The translations under genes and the position numbers were made by a program. A stretch of 32,000 bases of DNA from Candidatus Thorarchaeota archaeon (lineage in GTDB: Archaea; Asgardarchaeota; Heimdallarchaeia; Hodarchaeales; Hodarchaeaceae), in the NCBI GenBank assembly GCA_048882505.1, contig JBHLRO010000009.1, positions 30,001-62,000 of the forward strand, read 5' to 3'. Positions within the stretch are counted from its first letter, which is position 1; each line of letters begins with the position of its first letter. The notes under the pieces are model-generated. The model made no database searches. It had not been told where the DNA came from and saw only the letters and a program-made list of their open reading frames with translations. Positions 13,654 through 22,820 of this stretch are shown in pieces.

Positions 13654-13943
13654 GTGCCACCTTTCAAGTTCCTATACGACATCGAACATGGGTCCCTGGA
13701 CGGAGTTCCGATCAAGAGAGTACCTTATAACGCACGTCCATTGTGCGATCTATTGTACCGACCTTTTCTAAGAGACCTAGCCAAGAGGGAATTTTGGCAA
13801 ATACCACCAGAAGGTTTCTAAGGATTTCTAAGAATCAGAAAGATAACCGCAACAGAGAAAGACGAAGCTAGACGGCAATGAAATCTTCAATGTTAAGAGG
13901 ATCTTTTTTTTAATGAAGGATTAAATAGGTTGGAGATCAGTTT

Positions 13944-14564
13944 ATGACATCTGACACAGACATCAAGGTAAAATTATGCCAAACAATGAAGGAACTTTAC
14001 CGAGAGAAGATCCTGACAGATATTGGTGGAAATCTGAGTTTTCGATCAACGGAGAATGACGATCAATTCTGGATAACCCCTTCTGGAATTAAGAAAGATA
14101 TAGTGGAAATCTCTGATCTAGTGAGACTGTCAACGATAAACGGCGAGATCTTGGAGGCGAGGTCTGACCGTGTTCCCTCAGTTGAATGGCCAATGCATCA
14201 GGCCATATTAAACGAGGACGAGGATTTCCGATTTGTCGTTCACGCACATCCTCCCTTCGCTAGCGCCCTTTCAGTTGTGAAAATCCCCCCCAAATTTCCT
14301 CAATTGACTGGAGAACTAACATATCTAGTTCCAGAGATCATAATCGTACCTTATCAAAAATCGGGAACCTCTGAATTGGGGGCAGCCGCAGCAGAGGCCC
14401 TTTGGGACTGTAGTATTGTAATTCTGGAAAATCATGGAATTGTGAGTGTATCTGAAGGGAGCTTTACAGAGGCAGCCATGCGTATCAGGGCTCTTGAAGA
14501 ATATCTACAATTATACCTAACTGCAAGTCGATTTGGTGAACTCAGGGAATTTCCTGGTTTTTAG
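13944..14564 (+). CDS. Class II aldolase/adducin family protein (FucA/AraD-like)
   Basis: GGNLS, ITPSG, PSVEWPMH, VVHAHPP, ILENHG zinc-site motifs. Confidence 0.92.
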   Translation: MTSDTDIKVKLCQTMKELYREKILTDIGGNLSFRSTENDDQFWITPSGIKKDIVEISDLVRLSTINGEILEARSDRVPSVEWPMHQAILNEDEDFRFVVHAHPPFASALSVVKIPPKFPQLTGELTYLVPEIIIVPYQKSGTSELGAAAAEALWDCSIVILENHGIVSVSEGSFTEAAMRIRALEEYLQLYLTASRFGELREFPGF

Positions 14565-14580
14565 ATCAACGGTGGACAGT

Positions 14581-16113
14581 ATGTCTGAATATTATCTCAC
14601 ACTTGATGCTGGGACAAGCGGAGGGAAATGTGCGATTATTGATGAAAAGGGGGAGTTTCGTAGTATTATCAAGACCGCCTGGGGTTATGTTCCCGTTGAG
14701 GAGTTAGAACCTTACGGTTTCATGTTTCACCCTGATCAATTCTGGCAGATTCTCCTGCGTCTTATGGTTACTGCCATTGGTCGGGCGAAGATTTCACCTT
14801 CAGATATCGTCGCAATCGCTGCTACCTCTCAACGGCATGGGTGTGTATTCCTTGATGGTAACGGAATGGAACTATATGCGGGCCCGAATCGTGATGCCCG
14901 AGGTTTAGAGGTTGATATAGAGGATTATTTTGATCCTGTGCAACTTTATGAAATAACAGGTCATGGTCCACCATTTATTCTTCCCTTAGCTAGATTACTC
15001 TGGTTTCAGGATAATGAGGAAGAAATTTTTGAACAGATTAAGCATCTATTGACGATAGATGGCTGGGTTAATTTTCGGTTAACAGGAAAATATACGATTC
15101 ATGATTCGGCTGCCGCCGAAACGATGCTTTTTGACATCAGGAATAGAACCTGGTCAGAAACGATACTGGAAGAGTGTGATATCCCGCACGAAATCCTTCC
15201 TGAACGTTTCCCGATTGGCGCGTATATCGGAGACGTAACAGAAGATCTAGTAAACAGATTGGGCCTTAAATCAAAAACTCCTGTGATGATGGCACCAGCT
15301 GACACACAAGTATCACTACTTGGTTGCGGGGCTTACCAGAAGGGTGATCTTGGTATAGTTGCAGGGTCGACCATGCCAATCCAACTTATCGTTGACCAAG
15401 CGATGGTAGACGGTAACCAACAATTATGGACTGGGGCTTTTACCAATACATTGACTCCTTTATGGGTTATAGAATCCAATGCTGGTTCTGCGGGGGACAT
15501 CCATACCTGGTTCATCGAAAGAATACTGAAACCCATAAACGCGGCCAATCCGTACGCAACATTTGAACAGCTGGCCCTATCCCAACCTCCGGGGGCCCGT
15601 GGAGTTTTTGCTGACCTTGGGGCGCAAATCTTTCAAGCTCAACGAATGTTAAACATTCCGAAGGGTGGAGGCTTTTCTTTTCTACCAATAGCTTACTCCT
15701 TAGATGTGCCGGTAGATATCGCTTCTCTAGCTCGCGCTCTTCTTGAAAATTTAGCATTTGCAGTTCGTGCAAATATAGTACAGATTACAAATCTGACAAA
15801 TTATACTACCATAAGCACATACTTGGTTGGGGGTTTAGCGAAATCCAAAGCTTTTGCCCAAGTCCTTTCTAACGTCATCAATACGAATATAAAAGTACCG
15901 TCCAAACCAGAAGGTGCCCTTCTGGGATGTGCAATTGCTGGAATGTTGGGATTAGATCGATTCGCAACTCTTCGGGATGCGATTGAATCCTTGATAATGG
16001 GGAATCATACGGAATATATTCCACAAGAAGATCAGATAAAATCATATGATAGCCTATACCCCCAATGGCTTCAATTCTACCAAAGTTCCCGTCCCGACAA
16101 TGAAACGACTTAG
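14581..16113 (+). CDS. FGGY-family carbohydrate kinase
   Basis: LDAGTSGGK, ATSQRHG, DARG, ADTQ, ARALLENLAF, LVGGLAKS and EGALLGCA motifs. ATG 14581 preferred. Confidence 0.9.
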   Translation: MSEYYLTLDAGTSGGKCAIIDEKGEFRSIIKTAWGYVPVEELEPYGFMFHPDQFWQILLRLMVTAIGRAKISPSDIVAIAATSQRHGCVFLDGNGMELYAGPNRDARGLEVDIEDYFDPVQLYEITGHGPPFILPLARLLWFQDNEEEIFEQIKHLLTIDGWVNFRLTGKYTIHDSAAAETMLFDIRNRTWSETILEECDIPHEILPERFPIGAYIGDVTEDLVNRLGLKSKTPVMMAPADTQVSLLGCGAYQKGDLGIVAGSTMPIQLIVDQAMVDGNQQLWTGAFTNTLTPLWVIESNAGSAGDIHTWFIERILKPINAANPYATFEQLALSQPPGARGVFADLGAQIFQAQRMLNIPKGGGFSFLPIAYSLDVPVDIASLARALLENLAFAVRANIVQITNLTNYTTISTYLVGGLAKSKAFAQVLSNVINTNIKVPSKPEGALLGCAIAGMLGLDRFATLRDAIESLIMGNHTEYIPQEDQIKSYDSLYPQWLQFYQSSRPDNETT

Positions 16114-16129
16114 TTCCAGGAGTAGATCC

Positions 16130-17137
16130 ATGAAAATACTAATTACTGCACCATTTCATGACGAATATAGGACACAACTTCAAAAAAAGTGTGAAGTGGT
16201 ATATGAGAACTGGAGAGAGACGGGCACCTTATTTCTGGACTCAGATGAGTTAATCCAAAAAATCAATACCCTCTCGATTGATATTTTCATTACTGAGGCA
16301 GATGAAGTGGATGACCAGGTGATCCAAAATACCTCACTTAGCCTTATAGCTTCCACGCGCGGCACTCCCCGGAATATCGATCATAAAGCGGCCGCTAAAA
16401 AGCAAATACCAGTCATTTATACCCCCCATCGGAATGCAGATGCAGTGGCCGACTTAACAGTAGCCATGATGCTTTGCCAGGCACGCAAAATAATTGAAAT
16501 AGACCGATTTCTACGGAAAGGAAATTTCGACGTTTCTGATCTAGAAGAAGGAGAGTTCGCTCAGTTTCTCACGCGCTATCAAGGAGTGGAACTAGGGGGA
16601 TTGACTGTTGGAATCATCGGGTTGGGGGCGATTGGACAACGCGTAGCACAGAGGCTAAACTTAGGTTTTGGGGCGAAAATTCTATTCTATGACCCCTACG
16701 TATCTGAAGACCATCCGGTTGCACAAGAGACAGATTCTCGTCAAGTCCCCCTCAAACAACTAATGCGGGAAAGCGATATGATCACAATCCATACGCCACC
16801 CTTACCTGAGACAGAGGAACTGATTGGTGAAGACGAATTCAATTTGATGAAACCCACAGCCCATTTCTTTAATCTTGCCCGCTCGTTCTGTATTAACGAG
16901 GATGCACTCTATGAGGCGCTAAAAACAAAACGAATCGCTGGAGCAGGACTTGATGTGTTTGATGATGAGCCTGTAGATTCTGATAACCGATTTTTGGAGT
17001 TTGAAAATGTGACAGTAATGCCCCATTTTGGCGGTAATACCCGGGATGTCGTCAGACATCAGAGTCAGATGATTACTGAAGATGTTCTCAACTTTTTATC
17101 TAATAAACCTTTGAAAAATACCTGGCCTCTGAGTTAA
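16130..17137 (+). CDS. D-isomer-specific 2-hydroxyacid dehydrogenase (SerA-like, no ACT domain)
   Basis: NADAVAD, GIIGLGAIG, YDPY, ITIHTP, NLAR, LDVFDDEP, PHFGG. ATG 16130 follows AGGAG; ATG 16100 is an alternative. Confidence 0.92.
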   Translation: MKILITAPFHDEYRTQLQKKCEVVYENWRETGTLFLDSDELIQKINTLSIDIFITEADEVDDQVIQNTSLSLIASTRGTPRNIDHKAAAKKQIPVIYTPHRNADAVADLTVAMMLCQARKIIEIDRFLRKGNFDVSDLEEGEFAQFLTRYQGVELGGLTVGIIGLGAIGQRVAQRLNLGFGAKILFYDPYVSEDHPVAQETDSRQVPLKQLMRESDMITIHTPPLPETEELIGEDEFNLMKPTAHFFNLARSFCINEDALYEALKTKRIAGAGLDVFDDEPVDSDNRFLEFENVTVMPHFGGNTRDVVRHQSQMITEDVLNFLSNKPLKNTWPLS

Positions 17138-17166
17138 GAAGTACAAGTTATTGTAACCGATTTCCA

Positions 17167-18246
17167 ATGTTTCATGATCTAACTTCGTTCTCTAAAGCAT
17201 TTAAGGATGCGATCCAATCAGGTAATCCGGCTATTGGGCTTGTAGCGGACAATGATCTTGATGGACTGTTCAGCGCGGTTAAACTCGATTTAGCTCTTTA
17301 TGACCTACTTGAACTCGAAGTAGAAACCGTTTTTCGGGACGAATTGAGATGGGAAATTCCGATAACTGATCAATTTGATGTCCTTATATTTCTTGACCTT
17401 GCTTACGACAATACTCCAAATTACCGAAAAGCAGCGGCGAGTGCCAGAAATACCTTTGCAATTGATCACCATGTGACTAGTGAAAGGGGTTTTCCACAAA
17501 GGGTGGAAGCATTTAACCCTTGTAAAGAGGGACAATGCTACCAACCTACTACTTTCCTAGTGGATCGTATTAATAAGAAACTAGGGCAAAAAGATAATGC
17601 TCTACAGGATTACCTAACAATTCTAGGTGTTTTAGCTGATGCTGGCATTAATTTCAAGGTTTCTTCAGAAGAAATGTTGACCTTTGAATTTGCTTTCGAC
17701 GAAGCGCTTCAAACTGTTTTCAATCTCTCTCAAACGCGCTTCAAGGAACTGCTAGCCGCTGTCAAATATAAAGAATGGATATACCCAAGATTTAAGGAAA
17801 TAAATGCCGCATTGAATAGTTCCGCCAAGGATCTTGGATGGAAGGAAATTTATTTCCGATTCATCAATCAAGCTGAGGATGTAAACGCAGCTTCGAAGTT
17901 AGTAGAGGAGATCGAAAAGAAATACTCGAATGCATACAAAGAGCTATTGGATCAAGTTCCTAAGGAGCCTACGGGAAAAACTTCATCAGGGATTTGGATA
18001 TTCAAGAATAACACTCCGATCCCCAATGGGACAATTGGTAGGATTATCGCTGAAATGTATGGAGAAGCAGTCATTTCCTATAGTTGTAAGAAGTTTTGTA
18101 GAGTGAGTGCTCGTGCACCTGTGGGTATGGACATGGATTTTATCCCTCTCTTCGCAGGTTATGGAGGCGGTCATCCGAAGGCATCAGGAGCAATCTTGAC
18201 CCCTAAAAGATTTGATGAATTCCTCGAAAAGGCTCGAAACTATTGA
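17167..18246 (+). CDS. DHH/DHHA1 phosphoesterase (RecJ/NrnA/Cdc45 superfamily)
   Basis: DNDLDG, FLDLA, AIDHH, GVLAD, and C-terminal RVSAR...GGGHPKASG. Confidence 0.88.
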   Translation: MFHDLTSFSKAFKDAIQSGNPAIGLVADNDLDGLFSAVKLDLALYDLLELEVETVFRDELRWEIPITDQFDVLIFLDLAYDNTPNYRKAAASARNTFAIDHHVTSERGFPQRVEAFNPCKEGQCYQPTTFLVDRINKKLGQKDNALQDYLTILGVLADAGINFKVSSEEMLTFEFAFDEALQTVFNLSQTRFKELLAAVKYKEWIYPRFKEINAALNSSAKDLGWKEIYFRFINQAEDVNAASKLVEEIEKKYSNAYKELLDQVPKEPTGKTSSGIWIFKNNTPIPNGTIGRIIAEMYGEAVISYSCKKFCRVSARAPVGMDMDFIPLFAGYGGGHPKASGAILTPKRFDEFLEKARNY

Positions 18247-18356
18247 TTTACGCTATTCCTATTGGATTTTTGTGTGAATAGACTAATAAGGATATCTGTT
18301 CGGAGTATACTAGACCTTTAATAAATCATTTTAAGGTCGGCAAATGGCTTTATATC

Positions 18357-18370
18357 TTCTATCGATAGAA
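18357..18370. promoter_or_regulatory. Perfect 14-bp palindrome TTCTATCGATAGAA just downstream of a TATA box
   Basis: TTTATAT at 18349-18355, then the palindrome, then RBS GAGGTGG and ATG 18404. Confidence 0.45.
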
Positions 18371-18403
18371 AAAATTACCAAAAATTAAAGAGGTGGTAGC
18401 TAA

Positions 18404-18712
18404 ATGATATTTTTGTTAACCGTATGGTTCCCTCCCAGTCAAAGCAATGCTGTTGCGAAAATCTACTTTGAACGACCAAGGGAGATCCCTCATATTAGGA
18501 AATGGCAAGCTTTTAATACGAGTGGAGGAAAAAAAGGTCATAAACAATATCATTTGATTATGACAGAAAGAGGTAAGGGGGATGATGCCCTAATAGAGAT
18601 TAATAAATACATGATGCCATTAACCAATAAGATTGAAGGGTTGCGTACAAAGATTGAAGTTCTAATGGGTGTTACGGATTCAATGAACCTTTTGGGTATC
18701 GATTGGGAATAA
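18404..18712 (+). CDS. Small hypothetical protein (102 aa)
   Basis: RBS GAGGTGG plus ATG, own TATA box, alternating beta/alpha pattern. Confidence 0.75.
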   Translation: MIFLLTVWFPPSQSNAVAKIYFERPREIPHIRKWQAFNTSGGKKGHKQYHLIMTERGKGDDALIEINKYMMPLTNKIEGLRTKIEVLMGVTDSMNLLGIDWE

Positions 18713-18740
18713 TGGGATCCATTACCCTTATTTTTCACCA

Positions 18741-19685
18741 TTAGATATCCATGGGAACCGATTTGAACCCATATTTGTGGGGGATAGGTTTCCAAAGAAT
18801 AATTGGGAGTGAAAAGGTCTGTTTGTGCCCAATGGCCCCAGAAATAGCACTTTGATGCTTTCTAAGCATTCCTTTTGCCATAAACGAGAAAGATTGGGCA
18901 ACAAGATAGATCTGACGGACAAACGGGTGGTCCAGGAAATCTGTCTGTAGGACTCGGTCCACAAATGGTTCCAAATTATCCACATCTACATCTTCATCAA
19001 GGGCATAAACCCAAGTTTCTTCCTCCTGACTCGCGATAAGGCGGAGATCGTAGCTATGAGAACCTAAAAATGGTGCGATTTCGATTACATTGAATTTCTG
19101 ATCTATATCTTCGGCACAAAAAACTGCAAATCGTAACTGTAAAGCGTGAGGTAGCGATTCTTGCCTTTTTAAAGCGGAAAAAAGAAATGAAATAAGCTCA
19201 GGTGATTGTCCCCCCAATCCCGAAAGGAAGTCTCGTGGAGACATCGCCCGTTTCTCAAGTTTTTCTAAGGTTTCGGTTGCTATCTGAAAATTCTGAGCAA
19301 AATTCTTTAGAAGGGGAACTGTAAGACCTTTAAAGTCAGATAGTTCACTGACCTGAGCACTGATGGTTACAGATACATCTGAACTCTCCATTCCGACCCA
19401 CTGGCTTTTCATAGTCTTTTGATAGACATCATGACTTTCAGTGGTCTTTACCGGCGCCATACCTTTTGCAATAAGGATTTTATCAATTTCCTCCTTTTCT
19501 ACACTCGCAGAACAGTGAGGGCACGAATAGATCGTCTCTCCAGTGTGTCCCAATCCAATCTCACAAAAAAACCCTTTACGACAACTAGGGCAAAACCAAA
19601 CATGCGCATTCGGATCAGGAAATTCCTGTCGTCTTCCTCCTGGAAGATAACATTTGGCACAAGTGGCCTCGCAGCTCATCTTCAT
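18741..19685 (-). CDS. Multi-Cys Zn-finger protein with HeH/SAP-like motif and restriction-endonuclease-like C-terminal domain
   Basis: N-terminal C-x3-CxxC-x19-CxxC-x5-C-x5-H-x7-CxxC; FKGLTVPLLKNFAQNFQI; C-terminal YDLRL...IYLVAQSFSFMA. Domain calls beyond the Zn finger are tentative. Confidence 0.65.
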   Translation of the reverse strand: MKMSCEATCAKCYLPGGRRQEFPDPNAHVWFCPSCRKGFFCEIGLGHTGETIYSCPHCSASVEKEEIDKILIAKGMAPVKTTESHDVYQKTMKSQWVGMESSDVSVTISAQVSELSDFKGLTVPLLKNFAQNFQIATETLEKLEKRAMSPRDFLSGLGGQSPELISFLFSALKRQESLPHALQLRFAVFCAEDIDQKFNVIEIAPFLGSHSYDLRLIASQEEETWVYALDEDVDVDNLEPFVDRVLQTDFLDHPFVRQIYLVAQSFSFMAKGMLRKHQSAISGAIGHKQTFSLPIILWKPIPHKYGFKSVPMDI

Positions 19686-19850
19686 CAGTACTGGGCCTCT
19701 GAACTTCGGTGAAAGTGAACGAATTTTGATGATTATATCCGAGATTCCTCATTAATTAAGTCGTAGTTTCGAACAAACCTCTAAATAAGCTGGTTTGAAC
19801 AAGAACGTTTTCACCTGGAATAACTCCGGTTATGGTCTTACGTGTGTTCA

Positions 19851-21176
19851 ATGACAACTCAAGGTTCTCATTCATATCGAAACGCTAATATGCTTCTCTT
19901 TGCATCGCTAACTGTTAATATCGGATTTGGGTTGCTTGCAATTTTCATTACCCTTCTTGCTGATGAAATTAATCTTACGCCAATTGAAATAGGTATAATC
20001 ATCAGTATTTTCATGGTGTCTCGAGCCATTGCAGCTGGTATTGTTCCAGGAATTTCTGATCGAATAGGAAGACGAAGAATTCTACTCGTGTTTCTTATCC
20101 TTTATGCGATCAGTACTGCCTTATTAGGTATGGCTCGAGATGGTTGGACTCTCTTCTTTCTCCGAATTATAGAAGGCGCTGCGGCGGGTGCGGTGTTTCC
20201 CACAGCGGAAGCTCTGCTTGTAGACTCTGTACCGATTCCAGAACGTGGCGCGTGGATGGGGAAATACTTCACAACATTCAGTCTCGGATTTATAATCGGT
20301 CCAGCTTTTGGTGGCATTCTTTTTACAATAGGAACTGATTTCCTAGGTTTTGATGTATTAACCGCTTTTATAATTCCCTTTCTTGCCACAGGATCCCTAG
20401 GGGCTGTTTCAACCCTTTCAATAATCCTATTTGTTAGAGATGTACCGCATGAGTTACCCAGTCAACCTGTCACTGAAAAATTGTCACCAGGTAGCCTACG
20501 AACGGAATATCTAAAGTCTTTCTTACTGATCGGAGTATTATCAGGTTTTGGGATTGGGCTTGTGATACCGATATTTGCTCTTCATATGGAACACCAATTT
20601 GCCCTCACAGAGGGGAATATTGGGTTCGTGTTTACGATTTCAGGAGCATTTGGCCTTGTGGTGAACTATCCAGCAGGTCGGGTCAGCGATCGTCTGAGAA
20701 ACCGAATGTCCCTTGTAACGTTTGGAATGATGCTTACGGGATTTGCTTTTATAGGAGTAGCCATCAGTGTAAGCCTCCTTGCCGTCATTATGTTTTTTAT
20801 TGTACGACAAATGTCCTTTCAAGCATATATCCCTGCTTATCGTGCTTTTCAAGCTGATAAGATACCAATTCAGGTACGAGGTCAGGTAATGGGCCGAATC
20901 CAGTCCGCCTTTAATGTTGGAGCAGTTTTTGGTCCTCTGGTAGGAGCTTGGATATACGAATTATTTGTTACTAATCTATTAACCATTCCGTTTTTGAATT
21001 ATAATTTCTTTGGGGGCGGGGTTCCCTTCATTGTTGCGGGCATTTTCGGATTTTTTCAAATGATAATCGCATTAAGTGTTTTACAAAAAGAACGTCATAA
21101 AATGCCATCTGCAGGAACTCATTCTTCCCCTGCCTCAACACCCACGTTTGTTTATTCAGAAGGCCCCGAAGCGTGA
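19851..21176 (+). CDS. MFS transporter (DHA1/TetA-like, 12 TM)
   Basis: Motif A GISDRIGRR and GRVSDRLRN, RIIEG, GFIIGPAFGG. ATG 19851 preferred. Confidence 0.92.
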   Translation: MTTQGSHSYRNANMLLFASLTVNIGFGLLAIFITLLADEINLTPIEIGIIISIFMVSRAIAAGIVPGISDRIGRRRILLVFLILYAISTALLGMARDGWTLFFLRIIEGAAAGAVFPTAEALLVDSVPIPERGAWMGKYFTTFSLGFIIGPAFGGILFTIGTDFLGFDVLTAFIIPFLATGSLGAVSTLSIILFVRDVPHELPSQPVTEKLSPGSLRTEYLKSFLLIGVLSGFGIGLVIPIFALHMEHQFALTEGNIGFVFTISGAFGLVVNYPAGRVSDRLRNRMSLVTFGMMLTGFAFIGVAISVSLLAVIMFFIVRQMSFQAYIPAYRAFQADKIPIQVRGQVMGRIQSAFNVGAVFGPLVGAWIYELFVTNLLTIPFLNYNFFGGGVPFIVAGIFGFFQMIIALSVLQKERHKMPSAGTHSSPASTPTFVYSEGPEA

Positions 21177-21230
21177 CAAATGTCTCATTTGTCCTTTATA
21201 GCTATCCAGGTTGCCCAGCGTAATTAGGGA

Positions 21231-22019
21231 CTAGGCCAATCCCAAATAGGCCTCTCTCACATGGGGGTTGCTCACGAGTTCCTTTTTTGTCCCTTCCAAC
21301 TCGATGCGTCCTTCCTCGAGGAGATATCCACGATCACAAATATCCAATGCGATAGATGCATCCTGTTCTACAAGAAGAATAGTTGTTCCTCCTTTCTGAA
21401 TCTCTCGGATAGTGTCGATAATCTTTGCTTTTATGAAAGGAGCGAGTCCCAAAGACGGTTCATCTAGGAGTAATAACTTTGGATTCCCCATGAGTGATCT
21501 GGCCAGCGCTATCATCTGCTGCTCACCCCCGGAAAATTTGCCAGCATGTTCGTCTAGTCGTTCCTCCAAAACAGGGAAAAGCCCGAGAACCTTCTCTAAG
21601 TTTTTTTCAATGACCTCTTCATCTTTTATGGCATACGCACCCAAATTCAGGTTCTCTCGAATCGAAGATTCTGCAAAGAGGCGCCTTCGTTCTGGACAGT
21701 GGATCACTCCCAAGGCGACAATTTCATGTGGTTTCAGGGACTTATTCCTTTCCATAACCCTAAACTGGCTTTTAGTAGACTCAGCAATTAATTTCCCTCG
21801 AAAAAAGATCCTTCCTCTTTCAAGTTCAACCAAACCTGAGATGGCCCTCAGAAGAGTCGTTTTCCCTGTACCGTTGGGCCCTATGATGGCAACTAGTTCT
21901 CCAAGGTTAACTGTCAAGGTTGCACTTGCAAGAGCAATAGCTCGACCATAATGAACACTTACTCCTTGCAGTTCCAATAATGAAGTTGTCGTAGGTGGGG
22001 CCGTAATAAGATTAGACAT
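21231..22019 (-). CDS. livF: Branched-chain amino acid-type (HAAT) ABC transporter ATP-binding subunit
   Basis: GPNGTGKTT, CPERRRLF, FSGGEQQM, LLLDEPSLGLAP, VEQD, VREAYLG. Confidence 0.93.
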   Translation of the reverse strand: MSNLITAPPTTTSLLELQGVSVHYGRAIALASATLTVNLGELVAIIGPNGTGKTTLLRAISGLVELERGRIFFRGKLIAESTKSQFRVMERNKSLKPHEIVALGVIHCPERRRLFAESSIRENLNLGAYAIKDEEVIEKNLEKVLGLFPVLEERLDEHAGKFSGGEQQMIALARSLMGNPKLLLLDEPSLGLAPFIKAKIIDTIREIQKGGTTILLVEQDASIALDICDRGYLLEEGRIELEGTKKELVSNPHVREAYLGLA

Positions 22020-22794
22020 ATTCTTTCGCCTCAGTACCTAAGTAAGCAGCTATAACTTCCTCGTTTTGAGAAATTTCCTTTGGACTCCCTTCAGCTATCA
22101 ATCGTCCCTGATGAAGAACAAAAACCTTTTTGACCAAACGCATCAGGATTTTTAGTTTGTGCTCTACAATAACAATCGTCACTCCCTTTGAATTCTGTTC
22201 CCGAATTAATCGTTCCACTCGAAACGCTTCCTCGTGAGAGAGCCCAGAAAACGGTTCATCCAATAAGAGGAGTCGGGGTTGGACAGCAAGAGTCCGAGCA
22301 AAGTCAAGTCGCTTTAAATCGCCATGAGGAAGGATAAAAGCAGGATAATTTTTCTTTTCGGCCAGGTCTACCTGAATTAGAGACCAGGTGGCCTTGTTTT
22401 TTAGAACTGAAGATCTAGAAACAATGTTTCTTGGAATATGGGGAACTGTCGTGTTTTCGAGAGCATTTAAATATTTAAAAGGACGGACAATTTGAAATGT
22501 TCTAGCTATTCCCAATTTGGCAACTTTGGAAGGTGATTTTCCAGTTATTTTCTCTCCATTAAACAGAATGACAGCCCCTTTTTCAGGTTTGAGAAATCCC
22601 GAAATTAGATTAAAAAACGTGGTTTTTCCAGCCCCATTGGGCCCAATGATGCCAATGAGTTCACCAGACCTGATCTGGAGACTGAGATTGTTGACGGCCT
22701 TTAATCCCTCGAAATGCTTGCTAAGATTCCTAATCTCAAGAAGGACTTCGTTAATCTTTGGCGTAGATTCTGTTTCTGATAGGTCGACGGACAT
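22012..22794 (-). CDS. livG: HAAT ABC transporter ATP-binding subunit
   Basis: GPNGAGKTT, GIARTFQ, LLLDEP, VEH, VIAAYLG. 8-nt overlap with livF. Confidence 0.93.
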   Translation of the reverse strand: MSVDLSETESTPKINEVLLEIRNLSKHFEGLKAVNNLSLQIRSGELIGIIGPNGAGKTTFFNLISGFLKPEKGAVILFNGEKITGKSPSKVAKLGIARTFQIVRPFKYLNALENTTVPHIPRNIVSRSSVLKNKATWSLIQVDLAEKKNYPAFILPHGDLKRLDFARTLAVQPRLLLLDEPFSGLSHEEAFRVERLIREQNSKGVTIVIVEHKLKILMRLVKKVFVLHQGRLIAEGSPKEISQNEEVIAAYLGTEAKEYV

Positions 22795-22820
22795 TAAAGA
22801 TCACTCTCTTTGAACCGATT

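Noticed and set aside
14581-16113. FGGY kinase as autoinducer-2 kinase LsrK (quorum sensing)
   Set aside because: The resemblance is family-level only, and no lsrACDB/lsrF/lsrG/lsrR genes are present.
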